The notes beneath the pieces are model-generated. The model saw only the letters and a list, made by a program, of their open reading frames with translations, did not search any database and was not told the DNA's origin. Shown here piece after piece: positions 13,720-27,131 of a stretch of 64,000 nt of DNA. How positions within the stretch are numbered: the stretch's first letter is position 1; each line of letters starts with the position of its first letter. Made by a program: the position numbers and the translations under genes. Source of the DNA: Octopus vulgaris (taxonomy: Eukaryota); assembly GCA_951406725.2 (NCBI GenBank), contig OX597823.1, positions 43,524,001 to 43,588,000 of the forward strand. The letters are read 5' to 3'.

Positions 13720-14123
13720 ATTATATGCATATATATATATACACACATACATATAATCAGAAATAGCAATACCTCCCTCTTTCTCTTTTAGATTTGGGTG
13801 GATATAAGACAAATATCTTTGGTTGTTCTTTCGTCATTTGTCATTTCCACACATATATATTGTATTTCACATAATAGCCGGTTCACTTGACTACAAAGTT
13901 TCAAGGAAACTCGAACGCCCCTTCATGCTGTTAGCGAGTCTTTGAAACTAAAACTTTTCAATGATCTGATGCAATGAATCACACCTGAAAGACTGATAGA
14001 GGTCGCTGCTGTGGCCTTTTTCTCCATTACTATTCAGGAAGCTGTTAAGTCCGCAACTGCTAGCCGATAATGTGTCCATTATTGTCGTTTTTGACAAACA
14101 CATGCTTATTACACATACATACA

Positions 14124-14181
<58 letters not shown>

Positions 14182-14258
14182 TACACACACACACACACAT
14201 ATATGTATGTATGTATGCATATATTTATATGTATACATACACACACACATACATACAT

Positions 14259-14304
<46 letters not shown>

Positions 14305-14327
14305 ACATAATAGACAGACGAAAAACT

Positions 14328-14431
<104 letters not shown>

Positions 14432-14433
14432 TA

Positions 14434-14651
14434 CGATAGGGTGCTGAAATGTTCCTGGCTTTTGGTAAATGAAAATACAAGAGGATCATTTAATTACGAT
14501 TTTGCTCAACATCTTTCCCTCTCAGATTCATATACTTACTGCAGCGGTCCTTCAGGTTTTCTATGCCGTTGTTGAAGAACTCGCAATGTTGGACCTCCAA
14601 CCAGCATTTTCGCAATACCCTTAAAGCCAGGAACTTTTCAGCATCCCCTCA
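14434..14651. mobile_element. Mariner-derived MITE (~218 bp) with TIRs and TA target sites
   Basis: ta-cgatagggtgctgaaatgttcctggcttt ... aaagccaggaacttttcagcatcccctca-ta; minus strand retains the transposase C-terminus FFNNGIENLKDRCSKYMNLRGKDVEQ. Confidence 0.8.
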
Positions 14652-15331
14652 TATATATATATATATATATATATATGCAAGTACGTAAGTATGTGTGCAT
14701 GTATGTATGTGTGTATGATTGTACGCATGTATTTATGTATGTGTGTATGTATGCGTATGTGAGTATGCATGTATATATATACATAATATATACATACATA
14801 TATACATACATACATACATACATACATACATACATACATACATACATACATACATGCGTAAGTACGTGCGTACGTGCACACGTACATTACATACAAGGCG
14901 ACTGTCAACACTTTGCGCAACACCGCTAAGACTCACACATACATAGCCAAGTAGTCCTGATACAAGAAAGTGCAAGATCCCCCACTTCGAATCGAGGCAG
15001 GTGTTATTTCGGAATCTCCTCCTGAAGAGATGTCTAACCAAAGTCAAAGGATCTCTCACCCCTAGGGTGTGGATGATCTTTGACGCTACTAATTTCATGT
15101 ACTAAGTTTTCTTTTGTCCTGTGCGTGTGTGTGTGTGTGTTTGTGTGAGTACGTATGTATGGTTATAGTATACATAGTGGCATAGTGGTTAGGGTTTTAG
15201 TATTACAATAAGGTCGTGGTTTCAGTTTCATATCTTCGGGTTAGCTTTGATTTTCTTGCTCATATTGCTCCAGATAACTCACCAGAAAATTGGATGCGCC
15301 GCCATATCAAAAGTTATCGTCTATGTATACC

Positions 15332-15495
15332 TATTTCTTTACTACCCACAACGGGCTAAACACAGAGAGGACAAACAAGGAAAGACAAACGGATTAAATT
15401 GATAATATCGACTCCAGTCCGTAACTGGTACTTATTTAATCGACCCCGAAAGGATGAAAGGCAAAGTCGACCTCGGCGGAATTTGAACTCAGAAC
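15332..15495 (-). mobile_element. 5'-truncated SINE family A copy with a 19-bp target-site duplication
   Basis: gttatcgtctatgtatacc at 15313-15331 and 15496-15514; body matches 6937-7100. Confidence 0.9.
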
Positions 15496-16237
15496 GTTAT
15501 CGTCTATGTATACCACCACAATATCGACATCTGAAACAGTAGAAAAATTATGGTACGTCTTATCAAGCTACTCTTCTTGTTGACAGATGGCTGGTTCACT
15601 GTCATCCAATGTGTTTTATACTTAAGACGCTAGTGTAGGATTTGAGAGAAATTTAACTTCTATTTCTATCCCATCCAACGACTGCGCGCTGATGCATTTA
15701 CGTCTTCAATCGTTCGTTAATATTACTGAACTTATTATTATTACTTCTGTTGTAGTAGTATATTATTTCGATCTTTAATGGCCAAGATATTCGCGCTGAT
15801 GTTGATGCTGCTGCTGCTGCCTTTTTTATCACTCTCGCAGAAGTTACTACCATTTTCTGTAGTGTTTGTTTATTGCACATCTATGATTGTAACACTTCTT
15901 AATGCCTTTCTGTTTTGTTTCGCAAGTGATAATTTTATCATTTACCTTGCTATCTTTGTTGTTTCCATAACGACCATCTGCCATTAATCATAGCTATTTT
16001 GTTGTTCCGGTGCAATTTAATAGTACTTAAATTTATATATTTATTAGTATATTTTTTTTCCTTTTCAAGATTACGCTGTGAAGGCCAATCCAAATTATGC
16101 AACCAAACATGGAAGATATACCTACAAGAAAATTTTGAGCAGTTAAAAAGCGGAAAGAATGCGAATGCAATACAGATGATGGTTATTTTAACGCGCAAAT
16201 AAAAGATACATAAAGCCAAAAAATTGCGCTAAATTGA

Positions 16238-16660
16238 ACCGGAAGTAGAATAAAGAAGCCGCAGTACTATACTGGAGAGGAAACGGAAATTACATGAGAC
16301 CAGGAAATACATGAGACCAAACAATTTTGTTCGAACAGGACTCGTGGGGAAAAATAGCTTGTAAAGCGTCGAAATTAGGTGTGAATGGAACAGGAAGCGA
16401 TAAGCAGTTGAAATATTTATTTCGAACTTGAATTAGTGTTACGAAACCAATTTTCTTTTTCTTTTTATCTTTTTTGTGTAGGTGAACTCGGAAGTGTTAT
16501 TACGAAGTAGAGAAATTACACTGGAGCATAGTTTAGGAAAAAAAAGTTATGAATGCAAATAGATGCAAATAGATAAATGAAAAATGTCTAATTGAGTCGT
16601 TAAAGCAAAAGGTTTCGTTTAAAACTCGTTAAAAACAGATCTGATCGATGTGTTCCGGAA
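16238..16660 (+). promoter_or_regulatory. Candidate enhancer/promoter: homotypic ETS-site cluster plus tandem octamers
   Basis: ACCGGAAGT 16238, ACGGAAAT 16283, CAGGAAAT 16301, ACAGGAAGC 16390, CTCGGAAGT 16487, TTCCGGAA 16653; ATGCAAAT at 16553 and 16563. Confidence 0.35.
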
Positions 16661-17137
16661 ACGAATTAAAAATTCCTACATGTTCAGTTTCTACAAATTT
16701 GAATTTTTTATATACATTATTTTATATTAAGATTATCCTAACAAGCAGCGGATAGTGAAGTAGGGAGTGGCGGGGGAAATACGAAAAACAAGAAGGAGGG
16801 AAGGAACAAATGAAGTAAAAAAAAATGAATGTCAAATAAAAACAAAAAGACTAATAAAGGAATAGCAGAAAGGATAAATTAATGAATCAAAGAAAAGAGG
16901 AAAGGCAAATAACTGTTTTTAGTTTTCGTTATTTAGTAGCTATTTTGTCAAATTAACTAGATAGGTACTGACACGGTATTACAAGTTCGAGGAAGGGACG
17001 GTGGCGTGTTAGTGTTTCATGTTTTCTATAACAGCTCCTCACTGGCAGCCGTTTTTTTATGAGCTAAAGAAATAGACATGTGAACAAATTGATGTTAATG
17101 CGTAAATAGCATTATATGTACATATATCTATGTCCAT

Positions 17138-17175
<38 letters not shown>

Positions 17176-17202
17176 GTGTATATATACATATACATATATA
17201 TC

Positions 17203-17245
<43 letters not shown>

Positions 17246-17331
17246 TATATACACACACATACATATGCACATATATATATGCATATACACATACATATAT
17301 ACGCACATGTGTGTGTATTTTTGTGTGTATA

Positions 17332-18545
17332 CAATGTGCGATGGGTAAATTGTCACTATTTTATATTTTTTATTTTGCTCATGCGCAGAATTTTTTAGTT
17401 TGATTTTTGTCGACTACACAGTATGGTATGGTCAGTTGGGCGCCATCTGTGAGAAATAAGCACCATAAGGCAATTGACCCTACCATTAGTATGGAAACGA
17501 CATGCTGTACCGCTTGGCTTTCACACTGGAAGCTCCAATGCGAACATTTCAGAGTGTTTGGGTGTGAACTTGAGGACAGTGTAGAGGATTCGGAAAGAGT
17601 CGGATGAGTCTAATGGTGATTACGAATGTACGGCATCTGAGAAAACTCACTCTTATCGTACTGATGTGAAAACAACTGAAATTCTTGGTGAGATCCAGGT
17701 CATGATTGACAACGAACCCTCCAATTAAATCATGTCCATCGCCAGGGATATGGGAGTGTCTGAGTTTCTTATCAGGTAGGCAGTGCATTAAGACATTCGG
17801 TATTCCTCATACAAGAGGAGAAAGGGCCAATTTTTATCCCAAGCCACCAAGGACCGGAGGAAAGACAGCGCGGCGAAGTTTTTGAACAAACTCAAACATC
17901 CCCTCCAGCCGAACATGCTTTGGTTTATCTCAGACGAGAAAAAATTCAGCCAGGAGCAGATGGTGAACACACAGAATAACAAGTGGCTTGCCGTGTCCCC
18001 AAAACATGTACCAAAAATGATAAAAATAAAAACATTCATTCAAGATCATGGTTTTCTGAGTGATTACTAGTGATGGCGATGTTATGCCTCCATTTATCTT
18101 CCCGCACGGCCTCACACTCAACACGGAGGCCAACATCAAATGCCTGGATGAGGTAGTGCTGTCCTGGGTCAAGAGGGTGGCTGCTGGAAGATCCTATGTC
18201 TGGCAACGGGGATCTGCATCATGCCACACAAGCAGAAGAACCCACTCGTAGCTATCGGACAATTTCTGAAACCACATCTCGCCTAACATCTAGACACCTA
18301 ACTCACCAGACTGCAACCCTCTTGAGTATTATGTTTGGGGCACAGTTGAGCGAGAAATCACCAAAACTCCGTGTAACACCAGAGATAAACTGAAGGCAAA
18401 GATAATGGCAACTTTCCCCAACTTAGATAAGGAGAACGTCTAGAAGTGCTGCAGAAATTTCCGAAGTCGTCGGGAGGCCGTAGTTGAAGCCAATGGGGAT
18501 TTTATGGAATAAATTTACTCTTTAGCATTTCAAGATAAGTATATT
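17332..18545 (+). mobile_element. Decayed Tc1/mariner transposon of the DD37D (maT) type; 3' TIR not seen
   Basis: WFISDEKKFSQEQMVNTQNNKWLA..ITSDGDVMPPFIFPHGLTLN..YVWQRGSASCHTSR..PNSPDCNPLEYYVWG..RSRREAVVEANG; 37 residues between the 2nd and 3rd catalytic positions (both mutated); starts after a TA. Confidence 0.85.
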
Positions 18546-18573
18546 TATAATATATATATATAGCATTTCAAGA

Positions 18574-18606
<33 letters not shown>

Positions 18607-18637
18607 ATAATAAATAGTAAATAATATATATATATAC

Positions 18638-18717
<80 letters not shown>

Positions 18718-18731
18718 GTATATATATACGT

Positions 18732-18782
<51 letters not shown>

Positions 18783-18831
18783 GTATATATATATTATTTA
18801 CTATATGTATATTATTTACCATATGTATATA

Positions 18832-19170
18832 TGGGTACAGGTTTTCACCAACGGACATTAAATAAGATGAATTACGTAAACAAACGGGTGAAATACATAA
18901 ACGAGAAAAAATGGAGAACTGGACAAGTAAACAGAGAGAAAGGACCCTTCATCAGTTATCGGCTGTCTCTCTACTCCTCATTTCGAGCATTCAACAAGAA
19001 TATCAGTCTTCAAAGACAGTTTCTCCGATAAATTCTAAAATAGGATTTGGGGACGGTCAAAGTTGGGAACAAAAACATGAAAGTGGAGACAAACAAGGAA
19101 ACCGAACGAAAACAAACATGGAGGGCCGTCAGAGCAGAACGGGAGGAAAATAACGAACGCTGTGAGAAAA
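18832..19170 (-). mobile_element. Repeat abutting (TA)n, probable Penelope-like terminal repeat
   Basis: Begins tgggtacagg right after the TA tract, like 24912-25077; minus strand has gctcGAAA...CTGATGAaggg. Confidence 0.45.
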
Positions 19171-19668
19171 CTATATCCGTGCAGACAAGCATACCTACCT
19201 ACCTACATACCAACAAATCTACCCATCTATCTACATACCTACATGCATACTTACACACATATATTCCTACATACATAACTACATAAAATTTCGTTTTTGC
19301 GTTTGGTCTGCATGCTTCTGTGTGTGAAATTGTGTAGTGAATTGTGTATCTCGGGAGGGTCGTTATACCAATAAAAATACATGCATTGATTCTGTTTCAC
19401 TTATATTATTATTAGTCAATGGATAAATCAATTATCTTATTGGACTGATTGATTAGTCGTAAGATCATTCAATTAATCAGCAACATTCTTCGAACTTCTT
19501 TCCTTTCCATTTTCGACATCTTCAGTGTCATGCTATCTCTACGCCAGGTCTGACTGCCTCCTAGTTTACAGGCTCTACATCTCTATGGATACGAGTGATA
19601 ATGCATGTAAGGAGAACATGAGAGACAGAGTAGGGGTGCGCGTGTGTGAATGTGCGTGTGCGCGCGCT

Positions 19669-19715
<47 letters not shown>

Positions 19716-20304
19716 AATCGCTGGCTTGAGTGTGTGTGCGGCTGTTGGTGTGAGTGCACGTTTGAGTTATGTGGTGATGTGCACTTGTGTCACATAGTGT
19801 AGATTTTGTAAGTGGGCGGGAAAGAACATCTATGCACGTACTCACGTGTGTGTATGTGTATGTGCTTACGTGTGTGTAGGTGTTTGCATGTGTACACGCG
19901 TTTATGTATGCGTACGGTTAAGACTTTGTGAAAGGTGTGAGTGGTTAAATGCTTCATTTGTTTAGACATTTATCTATTTATTTTATGGTAAGTGTCTTTG
20001 TCTTCCTGAATGGATGTGTGCTTTGGTTTGTTTGAGCGTATGTATTGACATTCAAGTCCAGCGGTTTAACGTATTTAGGCGATGTTACAGATCAAATTAC
20101 AATTTACTGACATTCTTCCTCTTTCATTCTAATAACTCAAAGAAGCACCGAATAAGGCATTCGACTAACAATGAACTATACTTCGCTCAAACACGCGATG
20201 TATATAAAGCGACATACGCACAAGAAACACAGGTCTCTATTTATTAAATAAGCTAACACTCACACCAACCTAAGTGTACCAACCTATATTTTATATCTTT
20301 TATC

Positions 20305-20547
20305 TTTCATTTCTTTCAGCCATTAGACTGCGACCATGCTGGGGCACTACTTTGAAGAATTTTTAGTCGAATGCATCGATCCAAGAACTACTTTGTTTGT
20401 TTTTTTTGTTTTTTTTTTGTTTTTTTTTAGTTAAGCCTAGTACTTACTCTGTCGGTGACAATTACAAAACTTCTAGGGTACCAGCACCGGTTCTCAAGCT
20501 ATGGCGGAGGACAACAAACACAGGCACGAACACACACAGAGAAAGAA

Positions 20548-20607
<60 letters not shown>

Positions 20608-21004
20608 GTGTGTATGTGTGAAGGCGCAAGCGTTGCTCCAGTTCACTCAGCTGTGAAAATGAGTTGCGACGTCACTGGTACCAAGCTGTATCGGCCTTTG
20701 CCTTTCCCTTGGCTAACATCAGTGGCGTGGAGAGGGGAGGCTGGTATGCATGGCTAACTGCTGGTCTTCCACAAACAGCTTTGCCCGGGCGTGTGCTTCA
20801 GAGGATAACTCTCTAGGTGCAGTCCATGGTCATTCATGACGGACGACGGACCTCTTTCAGTTTGCATCTACCTAATCCACTCGAAAGGCTCTGATCGGCC
20901 CCAGGCTATAGTAGGAGACGCTTGTCCAAGGTGTCACGCAATGGAACTGTACCCAGAACCATGTGGCTGGGAAGCAAGCTTCCAATCACAGTCACGCCAA
21001 CGCC
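20305..21004 (-). mobile_element. tRNA-derived CORE-type SINE family B, interrupted by a nested SINE
   Basis: gactgcgaccatgctggggcac ... gtccaaggtgtcacgcaatggaactgtacccagaaccatgtgg; matches 33163-33592 and 42535-42906. Confidence 0.8.
20630..20845 (+). mobile_element. 5'-truncated SINE (family C-related) nested in the internal (TG)n of the family B copy
   Basis: Starts cgttgctccagttcactcagctgtgaaaatgagt, shared with the reverse complement of 60584-60620; absent from the other family B copies. Confidence 0.6.
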
Positions 21005-21570
21005 TATGTCCATAGTTTTCCTCCTTCGGGTGTATGTGGTAGAGGCATGTTGATTTGTCAACCGCAGCATTTGATCTACACAGTGTTTAACGACCAAATT
21101 GGCTCTTACTTTTAACCTTATTCCATCAGGTGTCCGATATGATAAAGCAAGAAATAGTTTATTCTCTTTTACGACAGGTTGGTTTTAAAGCGAAAATCTG
21201 AATTACTGAGCTCTTATAAATACACTTCAACGTAACGGATGTCATCATAACTGTCCTTCTCCTTCACTTATTGTTATTGGCAACATTATTATTTAGAACA
21301 TGTTGGAAGCTTCCTTGTATACTCTCCGATCTCATAATACATTTCGGTCGTCGCATTTGATCTTTATACAATATTTAAACAACTTTTATATTGCTTTTAC
21401 GTGACTTCCCATCAGTTTTTTTAAATAAAAGACTTATTATTTCCGTTTTAAATTCTTCGAGTCTGTGCACTTTTTCATGTGTTCTCTTATTATTTCCAAC
21501 CTTGCTTTTTCTGTAGACTTTAACCAATGTTTAGTGATTATGCTCGATTTGTTCTTAAGACTGCAGGTTT

Positions 21571-21649
<79 letters not shown>

Positions 21650-21911
21650 TCTCTCTCGCTCTCCCTTATATATATATTCATTTATTTATAATTTCTCTAA
21701 TATATGCTTTCTACTCGCTTTCACCCAGTATTCTTTACCTACGAATATATCTCACGATTTATGTTTCTTTTAACGTTATGTATCAATGTTTCTTAGCGCG
21801 GTGTATGCATTTTAGAAAATATTACACTTACCTTAACAATCTTCTCTTTCTATCTCATTCACTCTCTCTCTCTCTCTCTCTCGTTCACTCTCTCTCTCCC
21901 TCATTCACTTA

Positions 21912-21942
<31 letters not shown>

Positions 21943-22480
21943 ATAATATTGTCACCTTTTCTCCTTCTTAAATAAATTTACCTTCACTCTTTGTCCTGAC
22001 ATATTTATTTATTTATTAAATTATTTATTTGATCTTGTTTTATATTTTAATTTCAATGTCGATATACATCGTATTTGTTTCCTAATTTCTAAGATATTTC
22101 ATATTTGGAACATTCACTGGCGTCAGATTATATATCTATTTCCCTTCAGCAGCACATAACGCTTCATATTTGCAAGTTCATTTCACTCGCCTTTCATGTT
22201 CTTCAAACATTCTTTAATGATGATCCGAATTATGCAACGGATTCCATTTAATTTTGAAACACTATGACTAATCATCTTCCGATGTCTACTTTCAAAGTTT
22301 TACCAACTAATAACCAATGCATTTAAAATCATTATATTGTTCCAAAAGTTAACTTGTCTTTAATGATCCGTTATGAGAAACTCGAAGTGAAGGCTTACAA
22401 AGTTATTATGCCTCAATAAAACACTATATTTTAATCTATTCTTGTCATTCGAGTGATTTGTATATATTTATATATATATT

Positions 22481-22726
22481 GAGCGAAACACCTAAAGCCC
22501 CACGAGGCTCCGGCAGAGATTGGTGGCGAACCCTGCTGCACTCTTTCACCACAACTTTCTCACAATCGTTTTCCTGTTTCAGTCGTACCTGTAATTCGAA
22601 GGGCCAGCCTTGTCACACTCTGTGTCACGCTGAATCTCCCTGAGAATGACATTACGGGTACACATGTCTGTGGAGTACTCAGCCACTTGCCCGTTAATTT
22701 CATGAGCAGGCTGTTCCGTGATGATC

Positions 22727-22728
<2 letters not shown>
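22481..22728 (+). mobile_element. GC-richer interspersed repeat between TA and GATA tracts, family unassigned
   Basis: Abrupt composition shift with microsatellite flanks; resembles an abundant octopus repeat from recognition only, not verified. Confidence 0.4.
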
Positions 22729-22791
<63 letters not shown>

Positions 22792-23715
22792 TAGAACAGA
22801 TTTGGCAGACATATAGATATAAATATGGTCCTATCACATCGTACCCTTTTGCCAAACATATGTGTAGGTTTATTATTCTTTTCTATGCAAAAATATATGC
22901 ATACACGAACTCACTGTCTCTCTCTCTCGCTCCATATGTGCGTGTATGTGTGTGTGCTTCTGTATGTATGTTAAGATATACAATGCAATTCGACATCCGC
23001 GTGTGCATTTGTAAAAGTGAGTTTGAGTGTGGTTTATGCGTGTATACATAATACAAATTACTGTGTGCAAGGCTCTAATATCTTTGTTTTGACCTGTTCT
23101 GTTACTTTTTGTTTTCAGATGTCCTGAAGCAGAGTAATAACGTTTGTTGGATGTTATCTATGTCTTATAATTTGTATAACTTCACATGTTCTGTTTTCTC
23201 TCTATATGTAGGTCTCTTGGCTGGATACAATGTCCATATCCGGGTTTCAGTTTCGCTTTTCTCTTCTTTTTTATTCTTGGTTTTCATAAAAGGCAGCGCA
23301 CATCAAAGAGATATTGCAGTTCATGTCAAGTGCAGATACATTTCTCAGCCGAGAGCATGTAACTTACACAATAATACATAGATGAGTGTGGTGCATACAC
23401 AAACATAGACATATATCTATATATGTATATATATTTATATATGTAATCATGCATATGTATATATATATATATTTATATATAAATATATATACATAATGCA
23501 TACATACATACATGCATACATACATACATACATACATACATACATACATACATACATACATACATACATACATACATACATGCATACATACATACATACA
23601 TAACGCTTGTATGTAATGTACATATATGTGTGTACATATTTATAAATGTTTTCTTTAAACCTAACTCCAAGTCTTATAACTAAATTTCTTAGCATGAAAA
23701 CTAAGTCTAAAATTA

Positions 23716-23814
<99 letters not shown>

Positions 23815-24415
23815 AATATGCACGGAGAGCGAGAAAGAGGGGGAGGGAAACACAGACACAGGAAAAGAGTGTAGAACATATATTGTATACTGAAACGTTG
23901 CTTTTTGCTTTTTGTCGGGAAATTATGAAGATGTACTCAATATATAGTGAATGGGAAATCATATACCAAACCTCGAGTTGCGAAGAAAGAACTCTCTTTT
24001 CTCTTGTCTGCCTTTCGCTCTGTCTATGTATAACATCGAGGCGTGACTATCATTACAAAATATGTAGCGCAAGAATACTGTTTCGGGTTCAAGGCACCTT
24101 CATCAAATGCATTGTACCCTAGTTTCGGGTTCACACATGCATTGTGAATGACGTTTGTAGTCAGAAAAGGTGCTGAAACCCGCTGTAAATCAAAAATATA
24201 TGCGCGCAAAATATATAGGCCCGTATGTCTGCTTCTATTTGGGTCTGCCTTTGTCAAGGCTTTACAACTATGGTGATCTCTTTACGCCACTGCAATTTAG
24301 TATTTACATGTGTATATAGATATATTTATATTTACATACGAGTTTGTGTGTGTGTGTATGTGTGCGTGTATATATGTATGTTTACAGCTATAAATATACA
24401 TGCATACATATATAC

Positions 24416-24485
<70 letters not shown>

Positions 24486-24711
24486 GTAAATATTGAACAA
24501 TGACAATGAGTGCTCAACACTTCATTGCTCAACTCTTCATCGTTGGGGAAAGATTCTTCTTTGTGTGTATTAAGGCTACCACTGCTTTCATATAAGAAAT
24601 AAAGCTCAACAATTTTTTCGATGCGATTGGTTCGAAAATTTCTTGAGACATTCCTTAATATGAAACCCAGGGTAGCCTTAGTACACAAAAAAATCTATAT
24701 ACATACATACA

Positions 24712-24790
<79 letters not shown>

Positions 24791-24911
24791 TATATATGTA
24801 TATATACATATATGCATATATACATATATATATGTACGTACCTTCATATATATGCATATATACATACATATATGTACGTACCTACATATATATGTATATA
24901 TACATGCATAT

Positions 24912-25077
24912 ATGGGTACAGGACATCAAAAGAACGTTGAATACAATGAGAAACGAAAACATTAAAACAAAAACATAGAAACGAACTTTTTTCGGACGAC
25001 GAAAAAAACAGAGAAACGAGATATACAACATAAAGAATATTCCCCTTCTTCAGCTGTCCTTGTTTCAACTACTCCAG
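24912..25077 (-). mobile_element. Repeat abutting (TA)n, related to 18832-19170
   Basis: Shared atgggtacagg start and cccttc(a/t)tcag..ctactcc motif. Confidence 0.45.
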
Positions 25078-25134
25078 TTATTACAGGCAGGACATTTACT
25101 GTTCGCATGTTCCAATTTCTTCCTATTTCAAATT

Positions 25135-26145
25135 TTAGGGGATTGTATTTTATTTGCTTTTCGTCCTCTTTCTTTACATCATGGAATCAAATGGGCATGA
25201 TGGGTCGATACGTAAGCACTTCCGCCCTACTTTGTCTATGATTGTAATATCTGGTTTATTGTTTTCTAATTTCTTGTCCGTTTGAATTGGAAAGTTCCAC
25301 AAAATCTTACATTTCTCCAACTCTAGTACTCTTTCGACTTGATTGTACAATGTGTTTCCAGTTTCAAATCCGCATTCTGGCACAGTTTCTAGTGTAAAAC
25401 GGTTGCAACCTGGTCATGCCTCCACTTTTTATATTTTTCCTGTGCCAACCCGGCTATTTTGTCACAATGTGTGCCACTGTCTCGTTCTAATTCCCACAGG
25501 CTCTACATTTTTCTGACACATTCTCTCCATATACTTTTTCTTAAGTTGTTTATCTTTATTGCTTGATCTTAGCCTGCTACAATTAGGCTCTCTGTTTATA
25601 TTTTTAATTAACCCGTTTTTAACTAAACCCATATAAGTCTTCATTGACTCTCCAAAATTTGACCATACAAAGGTATCTCTTCGATCTGTCTGGCGTGCTC
25701 TCTTTTTATTTCATTTTTTCCCTCTTCTATTAAGCGCTTCATTACCTGTTCTTTCTAAACTACCTTTAGTAATTTTTCAAAGCTGCGCTGTAAATAATCT
25801 ATTAGACTTTTTCGTTGTATATGGACACATTCTTCTACTGCTATTAAACCTCTTCCACCATGGTCTCTCCTCAAATACAGGCGGTTGATATCAGCTTTCA
25901 GATGGTTTTCTCCATACATCATCAACAACATTCTAATTTTTCAATCAAATTTCTTTCCTTCGTTTCTGGTCCAGCCTCTTATTCCAACTCTATATCTATT
26001 ACTATTTTGCTTACTTCCTTAGCCCATCTCATTCTTTTTCTTTTGCACTTTTGACTGCGATTTTGATCCTGGTCAATAGCCTGATGACGAACTGCTTGAG
26101 CTTGATCAGATACTCCCTCCCTGCTGTGCGCCACCACTTCACTTT
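25135..26145 (-). mobile_element. Decayed R4/Dong-like fragment (RT end to RLE)
   Basis: CKILWNFPIQTDKKLENNKPDITIIDKVGRKCLRIDPSCPFD; upstream KWRHDQVATVLH and RLYLRRDHGGRGLIAVEECV motifs; 5' end abuts (TAA)n. Confidence 0.85.
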
Positions 26146-26146
26146 A

Positions 26147-26182
<36 letters not shown>

Positions 26183-26204
26183 ATTATTATTATTATTATT
26201 ATTA

Positions 26205-26940
26205 TTTCATTTGCAGAGCTTCTAACGATGGAGATGTACTATGGTGTCCGCTGTTCACTACCAGTGAACTAAGATAACACCTCTTATTTTTCGAGCACCT
26301 TCCGGAGTATTCGAGCGGTTCCAAGCACTGCTGTTTTCTGTAAGTGCTCCACCCTTATTGCAGCCCCTTTTTCTTCCACGTACTTCACGTGATTTTTGCT
26401 CAATGTTCCCAGGTCTCCGACAATTGTTGGTACTAGTGCTAACTTTTTCAGCGGCCGAAACTGCTTAACATCCCAAGCTAAACTCACATATCTATCGACT
26501 TTTCTTTCATCCTTATCGTATACCTTGTTGTCAGCTGGGTATGCTATATCTATGATCCAGCATAGATATAGTTTGTTTCTTATATCGATTAAGACTATGT
26601 TTCGCTTCCTATTCTCTATCTCATAAAATCCTATAGGATCTTTACATTTTTATTTTTCGACGCTGCCTTCTGGTTTGTGGTTGTACCAATTTTTTGCTCT
26701 ATCAAGATCATAATTGTTGCAAAGTGTCCAGTGCACAAACCTGGCTATATTGTCGTGGCCTCTCTTATATTCCTTCTGAGCTTGTGGCGTACATTGGCTG
26801 GTAATATGCCATACTGTTTCACCATATTTTCCACAGATTCTGCACTTATCACTTTCTAATATGTTGTCTATTCTGTAATTTATGTAGTTTTTCCTTAGTG
26901 CTTGCTCTTGGGCAGCCTCCGTTTCCGGTTTTAAATCACT
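26205..26940 (-). mobile_element. 5'-truncated R4/Dong-like copy with intact 3' end, (TAA)n on both sides
   Basis: SDLKPETEAAQEQALRKNY..CRICGKYGETVWHITSQC..HDNIARFVHW..WYNHKPE; VPTIVGDLG..LQKTAVLGTARILRKVLEK* then a short 3'UTR and (TAA)n. Confidence 0.9.
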
Positions 26941-26975
26941 TATTATTATCATTATTGTTGTTATCACTATCATTG

Positions 26976-27131
<156 letters not shown>

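Noticed and set aside
13948-14080. Minus-strand peptide MDTLSASSCGLNSFLNSNGEKGHSSDLYQSFR as a possible exon
   Set aside because: No recognisable homology and weak splice signals; needs RNA-seq
23101-23260. Acceptor-like sites ttttgttttcag (23118) and ctctctatatgtag (23211)
   Set aside because: No convincing downstream reading frame and donor; such motifs are common in AT-rich DNA
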